From NCBI GenBank assembly GCA_963749655.1, contig CAVVOB010000030.1, positions 64,001 through 128,000 on the forward strand: 64,000 nucleotides of DNA, in the 5' to 3' direction. This DNA is from Nitrospirota bacterium. Lineage in GTDB: Bacteria > Nitrospirota > UBA9217. A program made the position numbers and the translations under genes. The notes under the pieces are model-generated. The model did not search any database. It was not told the origin of the DNA and worked only from the letters and a program-made list of their open reading frames with translations. Of this stretch, positions 54,045 to 63,787 are shown in pieces; position 1 is the stretch's first letter; each line of letters starts with the position of its first letter.

Positions 54045-55952
54045 ATGGATTTTGCCGAAATTAACAAGTTCGCACGCCTAGCTTTTTCTACAAAAGAAAT
54101 GGCAAAATCATGCGTAGAGACTTTTGCCCGTAGCGCAATAGAAGAGGAAAAAAAGAAAATTAAGGGCGGTGATAATTGGATAGATTCGTGGCTTGAATAC
54201 TATTCTGTTCGCGTAAAAGATTATTCGTCAAGTGCCGTTGACATCATTTTTAAACATGCCGAATCTGAAATAGAAACATTATTTCTTGGTACGCTCTTGT
54301 TAGCATACCTTCGTTCAAATCCCATGGGCCTTATATTTAAAGGACCATTGAAAAATGTGAACAAAGATTTGAAAGGATTAAGAGACGATATAAATAATTC
54401 GCTAGCCTACTGGAATATGTTCGCAAGTTCAATTGTGAAGTGCAACACCTGGGATAGCAACAAGGAATCTGCTATCCTAGATGACTATGTCAAAAACCTA
54501 TGTTCATCTTACCGAAGCTGAGCGTGAGATCATAGCAAGTATGCACTGGGAGGGCAAAGGCCCCTCCGAAATTGCCCGGACGATCGGCCGCGACAAGGGA
54601 ACGATCTCCCGCGAGCTTAGACGTAACGCCTCTCAGGGATATAGCTGTTACACCCCCTGTCAGGCGCAAAAACGATCGGTTCAGAGAAAACTGACAGCAC
54701 GTCATAGCCGGCCGTTGCTTAAGAGCAAGAAGATCCAGCGCTACGTCAGGCAAAAGCTGAAACTAGGCTGGTCCCCGGAGATCATCGCCGGTCGCTTAAA
54801 GAAAAACGGTCAGTCGATAAGCCATGAAGCGATCTATCAGTTTATTTACCATCGGGACACTCCCGATGGTAATCAACTTATCTCCCAACTCTGTCGCGCC
54901 CATCGGAAACGGCGCATTAAGGGAAAAGGGAGAAAAGTACGAAAAACCAAGATTCCCAATAGGGTTCCGATTGCTGCTAGGCCAAAGGCCGTTGACCAGC
55001 GTAAGCAAGTCGGTCATTGGGAGAGCGATACAATAATCTCTCGCAAAAGCAAGGTAGCGCTTCACAGCATGACCGAACGTGTAACCCGGCTACTTCGGCT
55101 GACGAAGATAAAAAGTAAGTCAGCCGCCGAAACGAATAAGGCGGTCACAAAAGTACTCAAGAAGCTTCCGCCTAAGGCGAAAAGAACGCTCACCATGGAC
55201 AATGGCACGGAGAACGCCAGTCACGAAGTGCTGACAGAAACACTTGGCATCAAGTGCTACTTCGCATATCCCTATGCTGCATGGCAACGTGGTTCGAATG
55301 AGCAGGTAAATGGCCTCATCCGCCGCTACTTGCCAAAGGGAACCGACTTCAGTAAGATTGACAAAGATCAGATCAAAAAGATCGAGAAGCTAATTAACAA
55401 TCGACCCAGAAAATGTCTGGGATTTAAAACACCAGTAGAAGTTGCTAGCTCATTTGTTGCACTTCAAAGTTGAATGTGGCGTTTGAAAAGGAGTGTGGCG
55501 AAGGTAAATCGTTTGATGATTTTAGTTCCTGGTTATCATCATTAGAAAAGAAAGTTGGCCGTAAGATACCGTTTAAAGAACAACTAATTGAAACGGTGTC
55601 GCTTGATCAAATTCAAATATTTGATACTTTTCATTTGGCTGTTCAAGCCACTTTCCCGGATATCAAGGTTAATGGCAAGCACATCAGAACGGATATTCTA
55701 ATTTGGATTCCCAAAATGGAAAACGTTCAGATTGTCATTGAATGTGATGGTTTCCAGACTCACGGAGAAAAGGATAAATTCATATCTGATCGCAAAAGAG
55801 ACAGAGCTTTAAAAACAAATGGTTTCGAGGTTCTAAGGTATTCAGGTAGTGAAATTTACAATGATCCCATAAAAAGCAGCTACGACTTGTTTGATTTTAT
55901 TCAAGGCAAATGGAAGGCGATCAAAGAAAATCAACAGCAAAAGCGTAACTGA
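54045..55952 (+). pseudogene. DUF559/Vsr-like endonuclease-domain protein interrupted by IS30; probable gene cassette
   Basis: YWNM|FEKECG rejoins in frame after IS removal; DILI..IVIECDG..H....DRKRDR.L...GF.VLR.SGSEI. Confidence 0.8.
54422..55480 (+). mobile_element. IS30-family element, copy 2 (1059 bp, TSD GTT), intact transposase 54481-55473
   Basis: CGCAAGTTCAATTGTGAAGTGCAAC / GTTGCACTTCAAAGTTGAATGTGGC; GTT at 54419-54421 and 55481-55483. Confidence 0.96.
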
Positions 55953-55993
55953 ACCAAACTACGCTGCTCATATATATTATTGCGAAGCTGATA

Positions 55994-56049
55994 TTCCAAC
56001 CAGCCGGTCCACAGCGACGCGCCAGAAGGCGGCGCGTGACCGGCGCGTT
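55994..56049 (+). other. Integron attC site
   Basis: TTCCAAC CAGCCGGTC(C)AC AGCGACGCGCC AGAA GGCGGCGCGTGACCGGC GC GTT: AAC/GTT cores, paired L arms with extrahelical base. Confidence 0.8.
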
Positions 56050-56266
56050 GAGCCTGTAGGAAAAGTCCTGAAAAGGCCTTTTTTGCACTTCCAAGACAGC
56101 GACGAATTTTTGCTGATGCTAATAGGAATGGCGATGGCGACGATTCTGAGCCCTAATGACAGGCTCATTCTCACTCGGCCATCATCGAACGACATTGCGG
56201 CAGTTTAATCGCGATATGCGAAGACTGGCGCGTTGGGGTTCAAAAAGGGACTTATTCTACAGACTC
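56050..56266. mobile_element. 217-bp MITE with 19-bp TIRs inserted at the attC GTT core
   Basis: GAGCCTGTAGGAAAAGTCC vs GAGTCTGTAGAATAAGTCC (16/19); GTT on both sides. Confidence 0.75.
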
Positions 56267-56557
56267 GTTGAGTCTGTGCTTATCCAACGTATCTCGCTCT
56301 CTATGGTATGGAGTTTGTGTTGCCCCCGGCAAGAAAAAAGAGCGTAAGTTATTCGGCTTTAATCTTCCAAAATCTGGTATGTCTCGTTATGCGGCTCATT
56401 TCTTCGGTACCTTTGTCACCCTGCTCTTGCTTTTACCGATGGGCTGGGCATTTTATGAGGCTGTTGTTTCCCCAGGAAAACAGGTGCAGTTTATCGATAA
56501 TATAATGTACAGTAGAATTCTTCCGCCTATACTGACGAGGCGACGGGCGCAGAACCC

Positions 56558-56848
56558 TTACGCCGCTCGTCGCAAAGCGGCCTTCAGCGCCTTGCGCTTG
56601 TCCTTTAGCCGCCACAAATCATAGGTCGTTTGCATATTGAGCCATGTCTGTGCCGTGGAGCCAAAGACCAATTCAAGACGGAGGGCCATTTCAGGAGTAA
56701 CAGCGCCCTTTCCATTGAGGATCTTATACAATGTCTTTCGCGAAACACCAAGCAGGTCTGCCGCATCAGCGACGGACAGGCCTTTCGGCTCCAAACAGAG
56801 CCCTTTTATTAATTCTCCCGGATGGGCCGGATTGTGCATTGTAGCCAT
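56558..56848 (-). CDS. higA: HigA family antitoxin
   Basis: [20 protein letters not shown]...WLNMQ..YDL. Confidence 0.93.
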   Translation of the reverse strand: MATMHNPAHPGELIKGLCLEPKGLSVADAADLLGVSRKTLYKILNGKGAVTPEMALRLELVFGSTAQTWLNMQTTYDLWRLKDKRKALKAALRRAA

Positions 56849-56858
56849 GAGATTCTCC

Positions 56859-57137
56859 TTAATGATAATCTTCGTAATTTACAACGTGCGCGTTGCCGTT
56901 TTCAAACCGGAACGTTACCCGCCAGTTTGCCTGAACGGTCACGGCCCAAGAATCGTTCCGTGTTCCCTTTAGTTTGTGCAGTTTTAACGCCGGCAACCTC
57001 ATACCCTCCACCGTTGGTGCGGCGTCAAGGAGACTTAGAATTAACCGGAGCTTAGCGGCGTGAATCGCCTGAATCCCCGAAACGCTTCCCGTGCGATAGA
57101 AGCGTTCGAGGCCTTTATGAGTAAAGGAAGCGATCAC
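56859..57137 (-). CDS. higB: HigB/RelE family toxin
   Basis: [18 protein letters not shown]....[14 protein letters not shown]......V.YEDYH. Confidence 0.93.
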   Translation of the reverse strand: MIASFTHKGLERFYRTGSVSGIQAIHAAKLRLILSLLDAAPTVEGMRLPALKLHKLKGTRNDSWAVTVQANWRVTFRFENGNAHVVNYEDYH

Positions 57138-57143
57138 GGATAA

Positions 57144-57172
57144 ATTGTAACCTAAAGGGTAACAAGAGTCAA
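57144..57172 (-). promoter_or_regulatory. higBA promoter with palindromic operator; predicts a leaderless transcript
   Basis: TTGACT-17-TACAAT ending 6 nt before GTG; TTGTAACC-N5-GGTAACAA. Confidence 0.65.
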
Positions 57173-57230
57173 GCTTTTTTCTGTCAAGCTTTTTTCAAGC
57201 ATGCGGTTTAGTGCTTTAAATAAACGATGA

Positions 57231-57260
57231 TTCCAACTAGCGGCTCGACAGCGACGCGTT
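57231..57260 (+). other. Internally deleted attC remnant
   Basis: TTCCAACTAGCGGCTCGACAGCGACGCGTT matches the left arm of the 55994 attC, then jumps to the GTT core. Confidence 0.55.
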
Positions 57261-57395
57261 GAAGGTGTAGGAAAAGTCGTTTTGTGCTATACTGGCGCCG
57301 TCGAAACGCACTTCTGAGTCATAAAAACCCCTCACCCATGGGAGATGCATGGCGGAGTACAAACACTATGACTATTCGCAAGGCAAGTTTATCCG
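57261..57395 (+). mobile_element. Left end and transposase N-terminal fragment of an IS1182-like element
   Basis: GAAGGTGTAGGAAAAGTC resembles the MITE TIR; ATG 57349 MAEYKHYDYSQGKFI then truncated. Confidence 0.55.
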
Positions 57396-57619
57396 ATTGA
57401 TGAAGAGTATGCCATGGGCGAAGGAGTGGCATTAAAGATTAAGATAGATGAAAGTTCATGATGTAATTAATAACCATGACAGGCGACACAACAATCGGCT
57501 CGATTCTGTCCGCTTCGCCAGCGGGTTCATCTTCGCGGTTAACCGAAGAAAAGTAGAGTGATCGGCCAGGAACCGAAATTTGTGCAGCAGAGGTACTGAG
57601 TTTAATTCGAGGGACAACT

Positions 57620-57988
57620 ATGCTCAAAGCGCTTTGGACAGCCATGCTTGTTTTCATTCCATTCGGAGTATTCGTTCTAATCACTTCTTTCATCCTGAAT
57701 ATCCCTTCCATCTATCGTTTCTTGCACGCGAAGAGTTACGTTCTTTATTCTCTCGCTTGCGGGCATTGCACTGACATGCCTGTATTTCTATACTCTCAAT
57801 CGCACGCTGGTTCAGAAAGTCGAGGTGATCGCTCAGTGGCAGCCCCTGGTTCGCTGGATCGCCGTCATCGTGATCGGGACCGGGGCGGCAGTGATCGTCA
57901 GCGTTGTTTTTTTGGTCGTTGTCCTTCTCATTGCGTATATAGCCACGTATGGAAAACGCATGACGTAGGCATTTCTCAACTGTTCTGA
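57620..57988 (+). CDS. Small membrane protein, probably frameshifted
   Basis: Hydrophobic N-terminal segments; further TM-like sequence in another frame. Confidence 0.4.
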   Translation: MLKALWTAMLVFIPFGVFVLITSFILNIPSIYRFLHAKSYVLYSLACGHCTDMPVFLYSQSHAGSESRGDRSVAAPGSLDRRHRDRDRGGSDRQRCFFGRCPSHCVYSHVWKTHDVGISQLF

Positions 57989-58179
57989 GTATCATGTAGC
58001 TTTGGGGATGGCCCGTGAATTCCGCCTCCTGCGGCATTGAACATGACAGAAACTTATGAACCAAGAGGGATGATGCTTATCAGATGTCACGCTTATAGTT
58101 TTTGTTACGCGCCGGCCGATACGCGGCGTGTGAACTTCGCTTTATCCGTAGAAAAATTTTATATAACAGGAGGCGAAGA

Positions 58180-59394
58180 TTGAGAACCGTTAAGTGTATT
58201 CTGATGCTGGCATTCGCGGGTTTTTTGACCGCCTGTGCAACAACTCACTCAACAAATTCTGCACAGCAGGCAAGGCCGCCGTTGAGCGACAATTCCCTCG
58301 ACTCCCAGCTGGATGAGCTCAGTCGGAAGATCAGCGGCAATTTATCCCAGCAGACAAAGCCCAAGATCGCGGTGATCGAATTTACCGATCTGAGTGGGAA
58401 CGTCACCGATCTGGGGAAATTTCTTGCCGAGGAATTGACCACGAAACTGTTTACTGCGGGAAAATTTCAGGTAATCGAACGACGCCTCATTGAAAAAATA
58501 CTGAAAGAGCAACAGCTGAGCATGACCGGGGTGGTGGACGAGAAGACGGCCATGAAAGTCGGATCGCTTCTGGGCGTCGACGTCATCGCGACCGGGACGA
58601 CCGCCGATCTTGGAGCAAGCGTCAAGGTCAATGCCAGGACTATTTCCGTCGGAAAGGGGACCGTTTTCTCCGTTGCTTCGGTCATGATTGCAAAGAACGA
58701 TCAGGTAAAGATGCTAATGGGAAAATACGTCGGGCCCGCGACAGTTGTCAGCGCCTTGCGGGAGCGCGATATCAGCGGCACTTGGAAATTTGTCTGCTGC
58801 AGCGGCAAGTACTGGGGAGAAATCGATCTGACCCTGGACGAGAACAACAAGATAAAAGGCCAGTTCTACGACATGGCCAACAAGTCAGGCGGTACGATCG
58901 ACGGGACCGTCAAGGGCGACGACGTCCTCTTTACCCGAAATAAAGGCGAACAGGACTACAAACTTACGCTCAGCGCCGACGGGAAAACCATGTCGGGATT
59001 TTTTGTGGGCATTCACGACGGCTCCGTGGGGACCGAGGTAGCGATGACCAGAAAGAGCCCGCCGGACGCGCCATCGGGAGAAAAAGCATTTACCCAGTGG
59101 AGGGGAGCTGACGAGTTCGGCAGGGAAATGGACCGGTACTGGAAGGACGGCTATTACCCGGCCGTTGTGGAGGGACGCAACCATGAAGGGCGGAACGAGT
59201 TCAGAGCTACTGTACAGCCCTTTCCTAAAAGGGCCTGGTGGTTCTACTGGTGGTATGACCAAACAGGAAGCTCTTACGAGGAGCACAGGAAAAGGCTGAC
59301 AGCGGAAGGCTTCCGGGAAATTCATGTGCAAATATTCACGGACCGTGAGGGCATGCGGAAATATCAGACTTGCTGGATTAAATACGGATCATAA
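58180..59394 (+). CDS. CsgG/FlgO-like lipoprotein with extra C-terminal domains
   Basis: RBS AGGAGG + TTG, lipobox LTAC, KIAVIEF, F.VIER..I..IL.EQ.L...G.VD. Confidence 0.75.
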   Translation: MRTVKCILMLAFAGFLTACATTHSTNSAQQARPPLSDNSLDSQLDELSRKISGNLSQQTKPKIAVIEFTDLSGNVTDLGKFLAEELTTKLFTAGKFQVIERRLIEKILKEQQLSMTGVVDEKTAMKVGSLLGVDVIATGTTADLGASVKVNARTISVGKGTVFSVASVMIAKNDQVKMLMGKYVGPATVVSALRERDISGTWKFVCCSGKYWGEIDLTLDENNKIKGQFYDMANKSGGTIDGTVKGDDVLFTRNKGEQDYKLTLSADGKTMSGFFVGIHDGSVGTEVAMTRKSPPDAPSGEKAFTQWRGADEFGREMDRYWKDGYYPAVVEGRNHEGRNEFRATVQPFPKRAWWFYWWYDQTGSSYEEHRKRLTAEGFREIHVQIFTDREGMRKYQTCWIKYGS

Positions 59395-59422
59395 GTCCCC
59401 TGTTGTCGAAAAGGAGAGGCAA

Positions 59423-60478
59423 TTGAAAATTCTCTATGGGTTGCCAAGCGAGGGCATGGGGCATGCCACTCGCAGCAATGTAATCGTATCACACCTTATA
59501 AAGAAACACGATGTGAGGATCGCAACGAGCGACAGGGCATACGTGTTCATGAAAGAACGCTTTCCCGACAGGGTTTATGAAATAAAAGGCTTTCATCTTG
59601 CTTACAGCAACGGAGGTGTTTCAAAATACCGCACGGCATCGATGCTGCTGAAAAACGGGCCGAAGGACCTGGTTGCCAATCTCCGGAAGTATCGACTGGT
59701 TCACAAAGAGTTCAAGCCGGACCTGGTGATCTCCGATTTCGACTCGTTTACGTTTTTCTTTGCCAAGCTCAACAAGATACCCCTCATCAGCATTGATAAT
59801 ATACAGGCGGTAAACCGCTGCACGCTTGATTTCCCGATCCCCGGATCAGAGAGGCAAAGTTATCAAATTGCCAGAAATATTGTTAAGGCGAAAGTGCCCA
59901 ATGCCGATTACTATTTGATCACCTCGTTTTTTAAAGCGCAGACAAAGAAAAAGAACACTTCACTCGTGCCGCCTATTCTCAGAGAGAAAATACTCAATAC
60001 AACCGGAAAACCAGGAGAGCACATACTTGTTTATCAGACTTCATCGAGCCAGAATAATATCATTCAGGTGCTGAACCGGATTTCGAATATGCCTTTTATC
60101 GTTTATGGATTCAATAAGAGCGAAATCCGCAACAATGTCACCTTAAAGAAATTCAGCGAGGACGGTTTTATCGAGGACCTTGCTTCAGCAAAGGCGGTAA
60201 TCTCCAATGGAGGCTTTTCCCTTCTGAGCGAGGCGGTTTATTTAAAAAAGCCCGTATGCAGCGTGCCGATAAAGGGACAATTCGAGCAATACGTCAATGC
60301 GGCGTATATCGAAAAATGTGGCTATGGAAGACATCTGCAGGAGTTTTCCGTTGACGGGATAAAATCATTCCTGTTTGATGTTGATACGTTTCAGAACAAC
60401 GTCAGCCGGTATGCACAGAACGGCAATAATGAAACGTTCCAAAAGCTCGATGAGATCATGACTCTGGTTACGAAGTAG
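59423..60478 (+). CDS. GT-B glycosyltransferase (MJ1255/VC2487-like)
   Basis: EGMGHATRS, PDLVISDF, ISIDN, NGGFSL.SEA, VP..GQFEQ..NA. Confidence 0.85.
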   Translation: MKILYGLPSEGMGHATRSNVIVSHLIKKHDVRIATSDRAYVFMKERFPDRVYEIKGFHLAYSNGGVSKYRTASMLLKNGPKDLVANLRKYRLVHKEFKPDLVISDFDSFTFFFAKLNKIPLISIDNIQAVNRCTLDFPIPGSERQSYQIARNIVKAKVPNADYYLITSFFKAQTKKKNTSLVPPILREKILNTTGKPGEHILVYQTSSSQNNIIQVLNRISNMPFIVYGFNKSEIRNNVTLKKFSEDGFIEDLASAKAVISNGGFSLLSEAVYLKKPVCSVPIKGQFEQYVNAAYIEKCGYGRHLQEFSVDGIKSFLFDVDTFQNNVSRYAQNGNNETFQKLDEIMTLVTK

Positions 60479-60481
60479 GAC

Positions 60482-61023
60482 ATGATGGAAATAAAGCAAA
60501 AACCACGGTACCTTGAGCCGGCGCTTCTTCTTTCGTGGGTCGCGCTGACGGCATTTTTCTTCTCGGAAGTCGAGATCCAGATTGAAGGCGCCGCAGGCTG
60601 GGCTTCCAGCCTCCCCACCTGGAGGATAGAGAATCACTGGCTGCTCGATATATTCTGGGGCGGCAGGCCGATGACCGGGTATCATGCGTGGGTGTTCAGC
60701 TTTATGTTCCTCGTATTTCATCTCGGCGTGTTCATCAATCTCAAGTGGTCGCTGAGGATAGAAGCCAGAATAGTCGCAGCCCTCATGCTCTTCTGGATCA
60801 TAGAGGACTTTCTCTGGTTTGTACTGAACCCGGCTTTTGGAATCGATAATTTCTCCCGGAATAAGATCCCTGGCATAAACAATGGTTCTTGAGTATGCCT
60901 GTTGATTACTGGACGTTTACCGTTGTGTCGGCGCTTTTGATGTGGTTGTCTTACGCAAAATTCACGGGCAAAAGAAACAGCGTCAAATCGGGCAATAAAC
61001 GTGCGGCGCCTGACAACAAATAA
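60482..61023 (+). CDS. Conserved membrane protein (frameshift near 60869)
   Basis: EIQIEG..GWA..LPTW, TGYH, EDFLWFVLNP; continues IPWHKQWF..PVDYW to TAA 61021-61023. Confidence 0.7.
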
Positions 61024-61037
61024 TAGAAGGAGACGAC

Positions 61038-61640
61038 GTGGACTCGAACTTCGATCTTGAGGCGAAACCTCTGGCCAGGGCGCTGATTTCATCTGCAGTG
61101 AAAGCGATAGTTCCCGCAGCAGAGCCGGATACGGTTCGTGCGCCGATAACACACAGGGACCTGCTGCAGCTCGGAATAACGCAGTTTGCACAGGCCATCT
61201 CAGACAAGGCGCTCCTGGTGCTGGGACGAAGCAGTATCTCTTCGAGCAACGTTCTGCCTGGAGACGCCCCTGTTATAATCGGCTTCAGTCTGTTCGTGAT
61301 GCTGGGGATAGTACAAGCGCTGAGCAAGGAGGGCATTCCTGTTGACGTAAAGGAGCTGACGGAACGGTTGATCGAGCAGCAGCTGTATCAAAAGATCGGG
61401 ACAACGGACAACGATCCAGCCGCAAAAAAGGAAATTCTTGAAATTTCCCGGATAGCGACGCAGATACCGGGCCAGATCGTCGAAACCGCAAAAGGGGAAG
61501 TGGAAGAGCTTTTCAGCAAATGCTATTCGGTGCTTCCCGGATTTGTGCAGGGCGATGATGAAACCAGGGGGCAGCTCATGCCGATATTCGGAACCGCACT
61601 GCATGTGCTTTTACAGGCGAAGGTCGAGCCGAATCGTTAA
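61038..61640 (+). CDS. Hypothetical protein
   Basis: RBS AGGAG + GTG, 200-aa helical ORF in operon context. Confidence 0.6.
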   Translation: MDSNFDLEAKPLARALISSAVKAIVPAAEPDTVRAPITHRDLLQLGITQFAQAISDKALLVLGRSSISSSNVLPGDAPVIIGFSLFVMLGIVQALSKEGIPVDVKELTERLIEQQLYQKIGTTDNDPAAKKEILEISRIATQIPGQIVETAKGEVEELFSKCYSVLPGFVQGDDETRGQLMPIFGTALHVLLQAKVEPNR

Positions 61641-61684
61641 AGTACTTTACGAACCAACATCTTGAATTTTAAGTCAAGTTTTGC

Positions 61685-61793
61685 AACCACAGGTCCGGCT
61701 TCGCCGGACACACAGATGAACACAGGTGAAAAGTTTTAAGCAAGTTTAATAAATTTGTTTCTATCCGTGTTTATCCGTGTTCATCTGTGGTTA
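61685..61793. repeat. Nonamer-periodic inverted-repeat element
   Basis: aaccacagg...cacacagatgaacacagg ... atccgtgtttatccgtgttcatctgtggtt. Confidence 0.75.
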
Positions 61794-61946
61794 CAAATTT
61801 CATTGGTCTGAGGCTTGCCTCGTTAAACTTTGATAGCCTGGTAAAAATTCGTCATTTCCGCTTGTCGGGAATCCTGTTGCCGCAAAATACACTGATAAGA
61901 TACGATTCCGGACAAGCTCCGACTGGTCGGGGCAGGCCGGCAGTTG

Positions 61947-61975
61947 GTAGGTTGGGCACCGGGGCCGTGCCCAAC
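61947..61975 (+). repeat. GTAG-type REP
   Basis: GTAG GTTGGGCAC cggggcc GTGCCCAAC. Confidence 0.8.
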
Positions 61976-62009
61976 AAATCAAGCAGAAACTGATCACGGA
62001 AGCTGACGG

Positions 62010-62552
62010 ATGCGTTATAAACGATCAAATGCTTCAGGTGCCACATATTTCTTTACGGTTGTTACACACGAGCGCCGAAGACTATTATGCGACGGCGAAA
62101 ACCCCCATCTGTTGAAGGCTGCATTTGAAACCGTGAGGGAGAGACATCCATTTACGATAGACGCAATCGTATTGCTTCCTGACCATATTCATTGTCTTTG
62201 GACCCTGCCTCGGAACGATGACGATTTTTCAAATCGATGGATGTTGATTAAAGGCATTTTTACCCGAACATGCAATGATCCGCTGCAAAGCGCGCCGAGT
62301 CCGAGCAGAACCATGAAAAGAGAACGAAATATCTGGCAGCGGCGCTTCTGGGAACACCAGATACGGGATGATGACGATCGTAAACGTCACACAGACTACA
62401 TTCACTACAACCCGGTGAAGCATGGTCTGGCCGCGTCTCCTTTTGCCTGGTGTTTTTCGAGCTTTCATCGACTTGTAAAGGAAGGTGTCTACCATCCGGA
62501 GTGGGGCGCAAAGGATCAGATAGATTTTGATAAAACTATCGGACGTGAATGA
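62010..62552 (+). CDS. REP-associated tyrosine transposase (RAYT/TnpA-REP)
   Basis: YFFTVVT, VLLPDHIH, WQRRFWEH.IRD, DYIHYNPVKHG, SSF. Confidence 0.93.
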   Translation: MRYKRSNASGATYFFTVVTHERRRLLCDGENPHLLKAAFETVRERHPFTIDAIVLLPDHIHCLWTLPRNDDDFSNRWMLIKGIFTRTCNDPLQSAPSPSRTMKRERNIWQRRFWEHQIRDDDDRKRHTDYIHYNPVKHGLAASPFAWCFSSFHRLVKEGVYHPEWGAKDQIDFDKTIGRE

Positions 62553-62558
62553 GAAAAT

Positions 62559-62589
62559 GTTGGGCTTCACTTTGTTCAGCCCAACCTAC
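62559..62589 (-). repeat. GTAG-type REP, inverted relative to 61947
   Basis: Reverse complement GTAG GTTGGGCT gaacaaagtga AGCCCAAC. Confidence 0.8.
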
Positions 62590-62669
62590 AACTCTTGCGT
62601 GATTTTCGACTCTTTATGAACCATCAAGATTAAGGCTGACTGCAGCTATGGCAGCATAAGAGGATACCG

Positions 62670-63242
62670 GTGAAGGAAACAGCACACGTTCATAAGGTCT
62701 TCGAGAAGGTCGCTTATTCGGAAACCGGATTATCCGGCGGGGAATTCGAAGATTGCACGTTCATAAACTGCAATTTCTCTGATGCCGACCTGTCCCACAG
62801 TCGTTTTGTTGACTGTCAGTTGATTGACTGCAATCTGAGCATGGCAAAGGTCACGCATGCCGGAATGAGCACAGTAGCTTTTCTGAACTGCAAGGTTGTG
62901 GGCGTCGATTTCAGCCGTTGCCTGCCCCTCCTGTTTGCGGTGAGCTTTGAGAAGTGCAGTCTGGACTATTCCATTTTCATCAAGAACAGGTTGAAGAAAA
63001 CGAAGTTCAAGGAATGCAGTATCAGGGAGGCGGACTTCACCGAAGCGGACCTGACAGGCGCATCCTTTGACAATTGCGACCTGTCGAATACCCTCTTTTG
63101 CCGTACAAATCTGAGCCAGGCGGATTTCAGAACGTCGCGCAATTACTCGATCAACCCTGAGCTGAACACGGTTCGGAAGGCGAAGTTCTCCTTTTCCGGA
63201 ATAGCCGGGTTGCTGCGCCAATACGATATAATAATAGAGTGA
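62670..63242 (+). CDS. Pentapeptide-repeat protein
   Basis: Repeated F.DC.F/ADL/ADF pentapeptides; NL..ADF..S.NY.I.P..N..KAKFS. Confidence 0.9.
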   Translation: MKETAHVHKVFEKVAYSETGLSGGEFEDCTFINCNFSDADLSHSRFVDCQLIDCNLSMAKVTHAGMSTVAFLNCKVVGVDFSRCLPLLFAVSFEKCSLDYSIFIKNRLKKTKFKECSIREADFTEADLTGASFDNCDLSNTLFCRTNLSQADFRTSRNYSINPELNTVRKAKFSFSGIAGLLRQYDIIIE

Positions 63243-63370
63243 AGGGCAGGCGCCTAAATCGGTTCAGCCGGCAGGTCGGGTAGAGAGCAACGAAACCCGA
63301 CATGAGTAGAGAAGCTGTCGGGTCACAAAGCGCGCCACTGCCCAAGCGTCCTGTTCAAAGGAGATTTGTT

Positions 63371-63625
63371 ATGCGTTGGCACGAAGCGTTCAACCAATCG
63401 GGTTTCTCAAAATTCCTCAACAGGCCGGCGGGCCGCATCTTTCGTTTGGTCGCCGGCACAGGCTTCCTCGTGGTAGGTTCCGTGTATCGGGACCATGCAC
63501 TCGGCGTGCTGTCCATGGCATGGAGCGTTCTCCCCTTGAGCGCGGGAGCGTTTGACATCTGCTTCATCAGCGCTGCGCTGGGTGGTCCGCTAGCCGGCGT
63601 AAAGATCCGCGGTAGGTACCGGTAA
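63371..63625 (+). CDS. Small membrane protein (YgaP/DUF2892-like)
   Basis: GRIFRLVAG, two TMs, PL.AG.FD.C. Confidence 0.65.
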   Translation: MRWHEAFNQSGFSKFLNRPAGRIFRLVAGTGFLVVGSVYRDHALGVLSMAWSVLPLSAGAFDICFISAALGGPLAGVKIRGRYR

Positions 63626-63787
63626 GTCGCCAGGTCGGGTAGAGCAGGGTGGTAGAACCAATGTGAAACCAGCAGGCATTGTCTGAAATACCGAAGGGCA
63701 GCATCTCCGGCGATCCCGGCTAAATCCAGCGTCGGAACTGATTGGTGGGAAAAAAGTCTGATGAAAATCACGTAAAGGAGATGCCAC

